Positions 36,601-48,400 of a stretch of DNA of 49,938 nucleotides are shown here, piece by piece. The notes beneath the pieces were generated by a model. That model was not told where the DNA came from, ran no database searches, and saw only the letters and a program-made list of their open reading frames with translations. The position numbers were made by a program, and so were the translations under genes. The DNA comes from Reclinomonas americana ATCC 50394 (taxonomy: Eukaryota), in contig PS015192.1 of NCBI GenBank assembly GCA_048213135.1, positions 110,769 to 160,706 on the forward strand, given 5' to 3'. The first letter of the stretch is position 1. Each line of letters opens with the position of its first letter.

Positions 36601-39600
36601 CATGTGGATGCGATCGTGTGAATCTTTGTGTGTATGTGTGTGTGCGCGCTCTTCTTCGTCTTCTTCTTCACCTGACTGTGCTCCGAGGGCTTCCTTGTGG
36701 TCCACGTGACCCACATGGCGGAGGAGCCATCGGCGCCCGCAAAGGCCGTGTGCACATAGACGGGTTCCATGCCTTTCGGCTCGGCCTCGGGCGTCAGCGC
36801 CCACTGCGCNNNNNNNNNNNNNNNNNNNNNNNNNNNNNNNNNNNNNNNNNNNNNNNNNNNNNNNNNNNNNNNNNNNNNNNNNNNNNNNNNNNNNNNNNNN
36901 NNNNNNNNNNNNNNNNNNNNNNNNNNNNNNNNNNNNNNNNNNNNNNNNNNNNNNNNNNNNNNNNNNNNNNNNNNNNNNNNNNNNNNNNNNNNNNNNNNNN
37001 NNNNNNNNNNNNNNNNNNNNNNNNNNNNNNNNNNNNNNNNNNNNNNNNNNNNNNNNNNNNNNNNNNNNNNNNNNNNNNNNNNNNNNNNNNNNNNNNNNNN
37101 NNNNNNNNNNNNNNNNNNNNNNNNNNNNNNNNNNNNNNNNNNNNNNNNNNNNNNNNNNNNNNNNNNNNNNNNNNNNNNNNNNNNNNNNNNNNNNNNNNNN
37201 NNNNNNNNNNNNNNNNNNNNNNNNNNNNNNNNNNNNNNNNNNNNNNNNNNNNNNNNNNNNNNNNNNNNNNNNNNNNNNNNNNNNNNNNNNNNNNNNNNNN
37301 NNNNNNNNNNNNNNNNNNNNNNNNNNNNNNNNNNNNNCTACGAGAAGAGACGCAACGTCATCATGGACTTGTGGCCAAGCATTTCCTGCCACACACACAC
37401 AAATGAGTGAATAATCAGACAAGCGCTGCACACACAGCGCCCCCTCGCAAACCTGCGTCTGGTGCAAGAAACTCGTGATAGATGGGCACATAGAACGCCC
37501 CTGGCGAGTCGTCAGCATACGACAAGTCACCCGCTGCATATAGCGACAGTCAAAAAACTGAGCAGACAAAACAACATCAATACAGCAGCACCTAGCAAGA
37601 TCCAGTCGATCTCGTCGTTCACGGCCAGGTGCGTGAGGCGCTGTCGCGTGTAATTCGAGTTCACCAGGCCCATATCGGCGAGCATGGCCACCGTGAAGGG
37701 CTTCTGGTAGCCGGCGCGCGGGGCGGTGTGGAAGCGGAACTTTTGCGCCGAGTAGCCGCCGAGCGGGCAGCCAACGTCGAAGGAGTAGGAGGTGTCGGGC
37801 GCCAGCGAGTCCACGCGCACGTAGTGTGAGTAGCCGGCGTTGGGGNNNNNNNNNNNNNNNNNNNNAAGACGAAGGGGGAAGACGAAGGGGGAAGACGAAG
37901 GGGGAAGAGGAAGGGGGAAGACGAAGGGGGAAGACGAAGGGAGCAGAGAGGGGGAAGCTGAAGGGGGAAGACGGAAGGGGGAAGACGAAGGGGGAAGACG
38001 AAGGGGGAAGACGGAAGGGGGAAGACGGAAGGGGGAAGACAAATGGGCGGAAGACAAAGGGGCGGAAGACAAAGGGGCGGAAGAGCAAAGGGGGAAGACG
38101 GAAGGGGGATGACGGAAGGGGGATGACGGAAGGGGGATGACGGAAGGGGGAAGACGGAAGGGGGAAGACGGAAGGGGGATGACGAAGGGGGATGACGAAG
38201 GGGGAAGACGGAAGGGGGAAGACAAAGGGGCGGAAGACAAAGGGGCGGAAGACAAAGGGGCGGAAGACAAAGGGGCGGAAGACAAAGGGGCGGAAGACAA
38301 AGGGGCGGAAGAGCAAAGGGGGAAGACCAAGGGGGAAGACGAAGGGGGAAGACTAAGGGGGAAGAGAGAGAGAGAGAGTGGATGAAACATGAGGAAGGAG
38401 AGACGGAAGACAGAATGAGAGAGAAACACGCGAGCACAGCGTGCCACATACGCAACGTGTTATACGATGTAAAGTTGGTGATGGTGTGCAGGCACGGGAA
38501 GAGGCGGCAACTGTGCACACACCACCATCAGTAACCACACAACATCGGAAACGACGAAAACAGAAACGGAACCCAATATCATGGTTGCCCGGAGTGCTGT
38601 CGGCGGCAACACAGGAGCATGAGCGTCACGCACACACACACAACANNNNNNNNNNNNNNNNNNNNNNNNNNNNNNNNNNNNNNNNNNNNNNNNNNNNNNN
38701 NNNNNNNNNNNNNNNNNNNNNNNNNNNNNNNNNNNNNNNNNNNNNNNNNNNNNNNNNNNNNNNNNNNNNNNNNNNNNNNNNNNNNNNNNNNNNNNNNNNN
38801 NNNNNNNNNNNNNNNNNNNNNNNNNNNNNNNNNNNNNNNNNNNNNNNNNNNNNNNNNNNNNNNNNNNNNNNNNNNNNNNNNNNNNNNNNNNNNNNNNNNN
38901 NNNNNNNNNNNNNNNNNNNNNNNNNNNNNNNNNNNNNNNNNNNNNNNNNNNNNNNNNNNNNNNNNNNNNNNNNNNNNNNNNNNNNNNNNNNNNNNNNNNN
39001 NNNNNNNNNNNNNNNNNNNNNNNNNNNNNNNNNNNNNNNNNNNNNNNNNNNNNNNNNNNNNNNNNNNNNNNNNNNNNNNNNNNNNNNNNNNNNNNNNNNN
39101 NNNNNNNNNNNNNNNNNNNNNNNNNNNNNNNNNNNNNNNNNNNNNNNNNNNNNNNNNNNNNNNNNNNNNNNNNNNNNNNNNNNNNNNNNNNNNNNNNNNN
39201 NNNNNNNNNNNNNNNNNNNNNNNNNNNNNNNNNNNNNNNNNNNNNNNNNNNNNNNNNNNNNNNNNNNNNNNNNNNNNNNNNNNNNNNNNNNNNNNNNNNN
39301 NNNNNNNNNNNNNNNNNNNNNNNNNNNNNNNNNNNNNNNNNNNNNNNNNNNNNNNNNNNNNNNNNNNNNNNNNNNNNNNNNNNNNNNNNNNNNNNNNNNN
39401 NNNNNNNNNNNNNNNNNNNNNNNNNNNNNNNNNNNNNNNNNNNNNNNNNNGCTCCTTCCCCCTTCTCCTTCCCCCTTCTCCTTCCCCTTCTCCTTCCCGC
39501 ATCCCTTCCCCCTACTTCCCCTCCTTCCCCCCTTCCCTTCCTCCTTTTCCCTCCTTCCCCTCTCACACCCTCTGTGCACGACTCAGTCTGTGGAAGATGC

Positions 39601-40787
39601 CGTCGGAGGACTCCGGCTCCGAGGCCAACATGTGGTGGAGCATCCAGTACCAGAACATCCACTACGTCGGCATCAGCACCGAGACCGACTTCCCCAACGT
39701 GCGCCACTCTCCTTGCCCTGTGCTTTTTCCATCTCTCCTCTGTCATCTCACGTGAGCGTCGCAGGCCCCGTACGCTCCCAAGTTTGGCGATCAGCTGGAC
39801 TGGCTGGATCGGGATCTGGCCAAGGTGTGTGTGTGCGCGCGCGTGTGATGAACAGAGACTTGTTGTGACGCGCGATGTATTTGTGCATGTACAGGCCAAG
39901 GCGAACCCGACGGTCGACTGGATCGTTGCGTGATACCTTTTGCTTCCCCTCCGCATCATTCCCTCCGTCTCTGACTCCGCCTTGCAGATTGTCGCCGGTC
40001 ACCGGTACTGCTCCTCGTCGAACACGCCTCTCTCCTCTCTCCCACGTGTGTGACTGATTGCTTGTTCCACAACCAGTCCCATCTACTCCTCCCGCCAGGG
40101 TCTGGAGAAGGCCAATATTCCGCAGACGTACTGCGCCGACATTCAAAAGTCATTCGAGGCCCTGTTCCACAAGGTACGCTTCTCCGCTGAATCTCCCCCT
40201 GCCCTTCGGTGTATCTTGAACACTCACCACTGTGATGCAGTACGGCGTGGATCTCTACATGTGCGGTCACCTCCACTCGTACGAGCGCATGTGGCCGACG
40301 TACCAGAACGTCCCTGTTGCGTCTGCACGCGTGTATACTGTCACGATTCTTCTCTGCTCACGCTCTCGACACAGGTCAAGAAGCTCGTCAACCCAGGTGC
40401 CACCGTGCACATCACCAACGGCGCCGCCGGCTGCGTGGAGGGCTACACGCGCCAGTGGGAGCCAGTTGCGCCACCATAAGAATGCTCCACATTTTTCTTT
40501 CTTCACGTTCCGCTCCTTCTCATTCTCCGCTTGCTCAGAAACCCGACTGGTCCGCCTACCGCGCCGACAGCGGTGAGCTGGCCGACAAGTCGCACCACGG
40601 CTTCGCACTGCTCGACGTGCCGCAGCGCAACAAGCTGCACTGGCGCTACTTTTTGTCCGAGGAAAACAAGGTCATTGACGAGTTCACGCTGGAGAAGGAT
40701 CTCAGCCACAAGCAGCCGGTGCAGACGAACAAGAACGACCGTCGCCGCCGCTTCCTCGTAGGCCCCGCGCAGGATCACGAGGAGTGA
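35591..40787 (+). CDS. Secreted purple acid phosphatase; three internal gap-bounded contigs are in reverse orientation
   Basis: Signal peptide and N-domain PVYVHTAF..MWVTWT. All metal motifs are present: ADMG, GDLSYAD, GNHD, VAGHRPIY, GHLHSYER. C-terminal VHITNGAAG and HGFALL. Confidence 0.92.
37866..38362. repeat. Purine-rich minisatellite (variants of GAAGACG(G)AAGGGG and GAAGACAAAGGGGCG), in a phosphatase intron
   Basis: Dozens of 13-15 nt units, each with a G4-5 run. Confidence 0.92.
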
Positions 40788-40914
40788 GCATGCGAAAGAG
40801 AGTGACTTCAATTGAATTTCAAAGGGGGGTTTGCCATGCGCGTGCGGGATCGCGAGCACTCAATTTCACTTTTACGCAACGACTCCGAGAGAGCGCAACG
40901 CAACCGGGTTGACT

Positions 40915-42360
40915 ATGAAACGCCCACGTGTGCTGCAGCGACGACGAGTGCCGCACTCCTCGTCATTAGTCTCATGCTCTGGCGATGACGATGTCGACCA
41001 AAGTGTCGTGTACTCGTCAGACGAGGCCATGATGACACACGTCGATGGTGAACTTGATGCTGATGGTGATGAGGATGAGGAGGAGGAGGAGGAAGACGAA
41101 GACGACGAGGACTTGATGCGAATGGACGATGCAGGTTCTCTCTCTCTCTTTCTCTTTCTTTCTCACACATGTACGTGTAAGTGACGTTTCGCGATGCAGC
41201 TGGTGCCTCGTCCGCGTCACTGCCTGTTGCGTGTCGCGCACCGCCCACCAAGAGACCACATCTCAATCCAGATCCGTGGGAGTGGTGCGTGTGTGTGTGT
41301 GAAGCATGCAAGGTGGTTGTTTGTTGTCCGGTCGCTGATCTAGCATGTGTGCAGTGTGGCGCGATCGACGAGTGAGCCGTTTGCGTGGCCACCGTCCACC
41401 TCGTTCGACCAGTCTACGAACCCGTTCGACCTGGTCGATCCCGAGTCGCTGTTTGTGTACTTTTCGCGATCGTCGCCCACGCACATGGCACCCGAGGGCT
41501 TTTGTGCGCTCTTCAATGTGCTGCAGATGGATGTTGCGTGGCACGAGGTTGGGAAGCAGGAGGAGGAGGCAGGTGAACTGACTGCGCATGCGCGCGCACA
41601 GCATGTCGGTGTGTATGTGCTGGCCAACGAGTGGAACCTGAGCGACTTTATGCACATTCGATACGACGAGTTCATGAGTGGGATGGCCAAGTGGCGGTTC
41701 GTGTCTTGTCCTCGCCACCGCTGCTCGTTTCCTCCCGCATGACGCTGTGCTGCAGATGTTCGAATCTGGCACAGCTGCGGTTCGCGCTGGCCCGAGCGAT
41801 TGACGAGGCCTTCTCCGACATGTGGTCGCACTTTGCCGTCTACCGCACCGCCTTTGCTTTTATGATCAGTGGCGACGGGCGCAGCAGGCGGCAGTACGTG
41901 GCCACCGACATGGCGGCCGCCGCCCTGCGCGTGCTCCTGCCCAACAGACCATTCACCGTAGACTTCTGCGAGTTCCTCTGCACCGGTGTTCTGCAATGCG
42001 TTCCCAAGGACTTGTGGATTGTTGCGTCTCCAGAATCTCCGCTCTCCAGGTGCACGCTAGCTCACTCTGGCTACGTCGCAGAACTTCTGGCACCTGAGCC
42101 ACTACGTGAGCAGCACGCTGGAGGACTACTACGAGAACCAATTCGGCTACGCCATCAACGAGTTCGTGGTGTGGCTGATGCACCGACGAGCGGGCTCGGG
42201 CGATCCCGACCATGTGGCCGAGTACATTCACTGCGAAGTTCTAGCGCAGCCGCCCAAACCGCGCACCGTGTCAGCGGAACCGCCAGAACCTTGTCGCGTC
42301 AGTGCAGCATACTCGGCATGGCCACGAGCCGTCATGTCGAGTGGCGATGTGGAAATGTGA
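40915..42360 (+). CDS. DCN1-like (PONY domain) protein, divergent, multi-exon
   Basis: MAPEGFCALFNVL, VYVLANEW, IRYDEFMSGM, YRTAFAF, VATDMAAAALRVLL, FCEFL, VPKDLW and INEFVVWL follow the DCN1 PONY motif order. Confidence 0.8.
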
Positions 42361-42460
42361 CACAGGGGAGAAAGAAACGGAAAAATGAAATGCAAACCAA
42401 CCAGCAAAGGTTGCAAGATTCACTTCAGCGTTGTGAGTGAGTGTGTGAGTACGCGCACTC

Positions 42461-45400
42461 ATGGCATCGCCACAGTCGCAGCTCGTGCGGTGAGTCGGAG
42501 AGGTTGTTGTCACTGCTCACTCCTCACACTCTCTCACACACACATGCAACACACAGTGAGCTCACGGGCTCACCCGCCTCCTTTGCGGAGTCTGCCAACT
42601 CTGGCGAGGTCGACGAAGAGCAACGCAAGTTCTTCACTGTCGCCGTGCGAGTTGCGTAAGAGAGCGCACGCGCGTGTGTGTGTTGCATGCAAGTGTGCTC
42701 CTTTTCACACGACACGCACTCACATGCATGAATGCATGCAGATTGCGCCGTCGGCACACTCGGAGGCCGCCCGCTCCTATGTGCAAGCACTGTCGCGCAA
42801 GGAGATTGGTGGCGACGACCTGCAAATGACTTTTGATCATGTTTTTGATGCCAAGGCCACACAGGTTGCCACTCACTCACTTGTGATGATATTCCGATGC
42901 GCCTCGCACTCACACCGCGCCCANNNNNNNNNNNNNNNNNNNNNNNNNNNNNNNNNNNNNNNNNNNNNNNNNNNNNNNNNNNNNNNNNNNNNNNNNNNNN
43001 NNNNNNNNNNNNNNNNNNNNNNNNNNNNNNNNNNNNNNNNNNNNNNNNNNNNNNNNNNNNNNNNNNNNNNNNNNNNNNNNNNNNNNNNNNNNNNNNNNNN
43101 NNNNNNNNNNNNNNNNNNNNNNNNNNNNNNNNNNNNNNNNNNNNNNNNNNNNNNNNNNNNNNNNNNNNNNNNNNNNNNNNNNNNNNNNNNNNNNNNNNNN
43201 NNNNNNNNNNNNNNNNNNNNNNNNNNNNNNNNNNNNNNNNNNNNNNNNNNNNNNNNNNNNNNNNNNNNNNNNNNNNNNNNNNNNNNNNNNNNNNNNNNNN
43301 NNNNNNNNNNNNNNNNNNNNNNNNNNNNNNNNNNNNNNNNNNNNNNNNNNNNNNNNNNNNNNNNNNNNNNNNNNNNNNNNNNNNNNNNNNNNNNNNNNNN
43401 NNNNNNNNNNNNNNNNNNNNNNNNNNNNNNNNNNNNNNNNNNNNNNNNNNNNNNNNNNNNNNNNNNNNNNNNNNNNNNNNNNNNNNNNNNNNNNNNNNNN
43501 NNNNNNNNNNNNNNNNNNNNNNNNNNNNNNNNNNNNNNNNNNNNNNNNNNNNNNNNNNNNNNNCCTTGGCGGCGCCACGAGCCGACGCTGGCGTTCCAGC
43601 GGTGCTGGTGACCGTGGACGAGCGAGTCGTGCGTGTCGCACTGATCACGAGAAAAGGAGGTGAGCGCAAAGGGGGGAGAGAGAATGGGAAAAGCCACACG
43701 CAGTACCTGGCCGCTCCGGCTGCGCCGCGAGCCGTCGCCGAGCCCGATCCCGCGCCACCAGACGTCTCCGCACTCGCCTTGGGTTTGATGGGAACCACAG
43801 TGGCCAGCAGATCCTCCATCGACTCCGGGTGCAGCATGAGGAACGACACCTTGACATCGGCCCAGGCCAACGCCGACTTTTTCAGCCGCTCAAACAGCGT
43901 GTACGCCACACGCGGCACGGCACCCATCTCGGTCGGATCCTGCCCGCCAATGAGCGTGTACGTCTTGCCCGTGCGCTCCTGTCCATACGTAAACATGGTG
44001 CAGTCGACACCACGCATAAAGTTATCCATCATGGGGTTGATGGTCGTCTCAAAGATCTCTCGCTGCGCACGCANNNNNNNNNNNNNNNNNNNNNNNNNNN
44101 NNNNNNNNNNNNNNNNNNNNNNNNNNNNNNNNNNNNNNNNNNNNNNNNNNNNNNNNNNNNNNNNNNNNNNNNNNNNNNNNNNNNNNNNNNNNNNNNNNNN
44201 NNNNNNNNNNNNNNNNNNNNNNNNNNNNNNNNNNNNNNNNNNNNNNNNNNNNNNNNNNNNNNNNNNNNNNNNNNNNNNNNNNNNNNNNNNNNNNNNNNNN
44301 NNNNNNNNNNNNNNNNNNNNNNNNNNNNNNNNNNNNNNNNNNNNNNNNNNNNNNNNNNNNNNNNNNNNNNNNNNNNNNNNNNNNNNNNNNNNNNNNNNNN
44401 NNNNNNNNNNNNNNNNNNNNNNNNNNNNNNNNNNNNNNNNNNNNNNNNNNNNNNNNNNNNNNNNNNNNNNNNNNNNNNNNNNNNNNNNNNNNNNNNNNNN
44501 NNNNNNNNNNNNNNNNNNNNNNNNNNNNNNNNNNNNNNNNNNNNNNNNNNNNNNNNNNNNNNNNNNNNNNNNNNNNNNNNNNNNNNNNNNNNNNNNNNNN
44601 NNNNNNNNNNNNNNNNNNNNNNNNNNNNNNNNNNNNNNNNNNNNNNNNNNNNNNNNNNNNNNNNNNNNNNNNNNNNNNNNNNNNNNNNNNNNNNNNNNNN
44701 NNNNNNNNNNNNNNNNNNNNNNNNNNNNNNNNNNNNNNNNNNNNNNNNNNNNNNNNNNNNNNNNNNNNNNNNNNNNNNNNNNNNNNNNNNNNNNNNNNNN
44801 NNNNNNNNNNNNNNNNNNNNNNNNNNNNNNNNNNNNNNNNNNNNNNNNNNNNNNNNNNNNNNNNNNNNNNNNNNNNNNNNNNNNNNNNNNNNNNNNNNNN
44901 NNNNNNNNNNNNNNNNNNNNNNNNNNNNNNNNNNNNNNNNNNNNNNNNNNNNNNNNNNNNNNNNNNNNNNNNNNNNNNNNNNNNNNNNNNNNNNNNNNNN
45001 NNNNNNNNNNNNNNNNNNNNNNNNNNNNNNNNNNNNNNNNNNNNNCCCCCGGCGCATCGGCAGCCAGTGGAAGCGGCGCGGGTGAGCAAGTGCAGCTGCG
45101 CATCCGTGGCTCACTCGACAAGGGCTTCTTTGTCGACGGACTGCAGGAGAGGCGTGTGCGTGGTCCGCGCAACATTTTGTCGCTGCTGGAGCGCATCACC
45201 GCCGCTCTGGAGCGCAAGCGGCGTTCGCTCTCGCAGTCGCACGTTGTGCTGACGATTACGCTGCGCCAGCTCATTGATGAACGTTGCGTGGGCGAGTGGG
45301 GGGGCACAGATGAATCGGTGTGTGGGTGTGGGTGCTGATTCCTTTCAACAACTGGCAGACTCGGGCGGTCTCATTTCGCACTTCAACTTTGTCGACTTGG

Positions 45401-48400
45401 CCGGCTCCGGTGCCGGCAAGGACAACAAGGACATGCTCACGCTGTCGCGTGTCATCATGGCGCTGAACAGTGGATCCCGCGGTGCTGCGGTGCCGTATCG
45501 CGATGCCAAGCTCACGTCCATGTTGCACCACGCGTTTGGCGGAGATGGTCAAACTGTTGCGTTCCCCTGGATGCATCTCTCCCCGCTCTCGCGCCATCTC
45601 ATGTGTCTGTGACTGGCAGCTCATGGTCGTGTGCGTTTCGCCCGACATGGAACAAGCGCCGGATACGCGTACCAACTTGGTGTATGCGGAGCGTGCGTTG
45701 CGCATCAAGAATCGACCGCGACCCAACACCTTCGACATCAAAGACGAGAGTGCGGCGCTCTTCCTCATGGAGAAGCGCATCTCGGAGATGGAACAGCAGA
45801 TTGAGTTCCTCGACCAGCAGCTGGAGGAGGCGCGTACCGGTGCCGCAAACTCCGACGAGCTTGACGCTCTGCGGGCGCGCATCGCCGAGCTGGAGGCGGA
45901 GAACGCCCGTCTGCGAGCAGCCAATGCTGAACTGCGCGAGAGGCTCGACGAGTTGTCGAAGCGACAGGCGTCACTCGAGCACGAGAATGCCACTCTGCTG
46001 GCACAGGTGAGTTGCCTTCGCTCCTCCATCTTTTTTGTGTGTGGCGCTCACTCCATGTGTTGCGTGCAGCTCAAGGATGTCGACAGTGCCGGTGCGACGC
46101 TGGCCACTGAAATCTCCGACATGCACAAGCAGATCGAGGCACAAGCGGAGCGCATTCGCGAGTATGAGAAATCCACCAAGAACGACCAGCAGCTGATCTC
46201 ACAGTTGGAGGCCGACCTGGCCGATGCACGCAAGCAGCACGCCGAGTTGCACGACTTGGTACGCCACTCCCTTCCCTTTGTCTCTCTCTCCCTTCCTCTC
46301 CCTCTTCCTCTCACTGACGCTCCTGTTGCAGTTTGATGCTGAGCAGCAAGTGTCGGCGGAGCGCGAGGCCGAACTGAACGATCTGCGCGAGCAGCTGCAG
46401 GACCGCGATCGAACCATCGAGGACTTGCAGCAGCAGCTGGAGCAGTCCAAGACCGACCATGCCGCGGTCTGTCTGTGGCCTGTGTGTCTCTTTCCGCTCT
46501 CTCGCTGCAGAGCTCACTCTCGTGCTTGTCCACTGCCCACTGCAACAGGAGCTGGAGGCGCTGAAGGCCAGTCGCAGCCAGGGGGAGCAGGAGGTCGACG
46601 CGCAACGTGAGAAATTGCGCAAGTTGGAGGCCGAGGCACAAAAGGTGCGTGAGGAGGGCCTGCACGCGCGCGTACATTCTGGCTGACTCTTGCTTTCTCT
46701 GTGTTGTTCTTCTCCGAAAAAAAAGCTGGCAAGTGAGCTGCAAGCCGCCAAGACCACAGTCGCGGAGCAACGAGATGAAATCGACGGTCTCAAACGGCAA
46801 GTGGGCTCACTGTCGGCAGAAAAGTCGGGTCTCGGCGACAATCTCGACTCGCTGCGACAGGCGCGCGCCAATGTTGCGGATCCACAAGCCCCTCTGTGCG
46901 TGCTAAAGTGCCCAACTTACCTTCCATGTCGTCGGCTCGCAGCTGGAGCAAGAGTTGCAGCAGAAGAAGAAGGAGGTCGAGCAAGTACGAAGCACCCTCG
47001 ACGACACCACACGACAGCGCGGTCAGTGCATGCTGTGCCCTATCCCCTGCTGTTCTTTGCCTTCATCATTTTCTTCTCAATTTTCTNNNNNNNNNNNNNN
47101 NNNNNNCCCGCAGAGCGCTTCCAACGCGAGCTGCAGGAGAGCGTTGCCGAAGGTCAGGAGCAGGCGAAACGCAATGCCGCCCTCGAGGACGAGCTGCAGC
47201 GCATGCGCAAGAACCTCGATGCCGACTCTGCGGCCACTGGCGATCGTATGCGACAGCTGACGGCAAGCAACAGCGAGCTGGAGCGACAGTTGGCCGACTG
47301 CAAGACGCAGCTGCACGACACGGAGGCTCAACGAGAACGCGTTGCGTCTTGCCTGTCTCTCCTCTCGAATAGAGAAGCCACGTCCACGACCATCTCAATC
47401 TCCCTCTTTGTCTCGCGTAGCTGGCGCAAGACTTGCGATCGTTGCAGGCGGCCAGCACTGGCGAGACGGCCGAGCTGCAGCAGCGAGTGCAGCTGCTGAA
47501 GGAGAAGCTGGCGGCCACCGACGTGGAGCGCGGACAGTTGGCGGGCACAGTGGCCTCGCTGGAGGCGCGGGTCCGCGATTTGACACACACGGCGGAGAAG
47601 CAGGACGAAGCTCTGGCCGACATGCAGCGACAGTTGCACGAGGCTCAGGCAGCGATTAGCCGCGGCGAAGCCAAGAGCAGTGCGCAGGAGGCTCGTATTG
47701 CCGAGTTGGAGGCCGCTGCGCAGGTGGCGCGTCAGCGTCTGGCCGCTCTGCAACTGCAGCTNNNNNNNNNNNNNNNNNNNNNNNNNNNNNNNNNNNNNNN
47801 NNNNNNNNNNNNNNNNNNNNNNNNNNNNNNNNNNNNNNNNNNNNNNNNNNNNNNNNNNNNNNNNNNNNNNNNNNNNNNNNNNNNNNNNNNNNNNNNNNNN
47901 NNNNNNNNNNNNNNNNNNNNNNNNNNNNNNNNNNNNNNNNNNNNNNNNNNNNNNNNNNNNNNNNNNNNNNNNNNNNNNNNNNNNNNNNNNNNNNNNNNNN
48001 NNNNNNNNNNNNNNNNNNNNNNNNNNNNNNNNNNNNNNNNNNNNNNNNNNNNNNNNNNNNNNNNNNNNNNNNNNNNNNNNNNNNNNNNNNNNNNNNNNNN
48101 NNNNNNNNNNNNNNNNNNNNNNNNNNNNNNNNNNNNNNNNNNNNNNNNNNNNNNNNNNNNNNNNNNNNNNNNNNNNNNNNNNNNNNNNNNNNNNNNNNNN
48201 NNNNNNNNNNNNNNNNNNNNNNNNNNNNNNNNNNNNNNNNNNNNNNNNNNNNNNNNNNNNNNNNNNNNNNNNNNNNNNNNNNNNNNNNNNNNNNNNNNNN
48301 NNNNNNNNNNNNNNNNNNNNNNNNNNNNNNNNNNNNNNNNNNNNNNNNNNNNNNNNNNNNNNNNNNNNNNNNNNNNNNNNNNNNNNNNNNNNNNNNNNNN

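Noticed and set aside
36391-38518. Long ORFs with FRPFV/LPPLC/SSAPL repeats
   Set aside because: Translations of the intronic minisatellite and N gaps, not proteins.
3191-47420. Introner (transposon-derived intron) family behind the shared GTTGCG starts
   Set aside because: Intron bodies and lengths differ, and I saw no shared inverted repeats or target duplications by eye.
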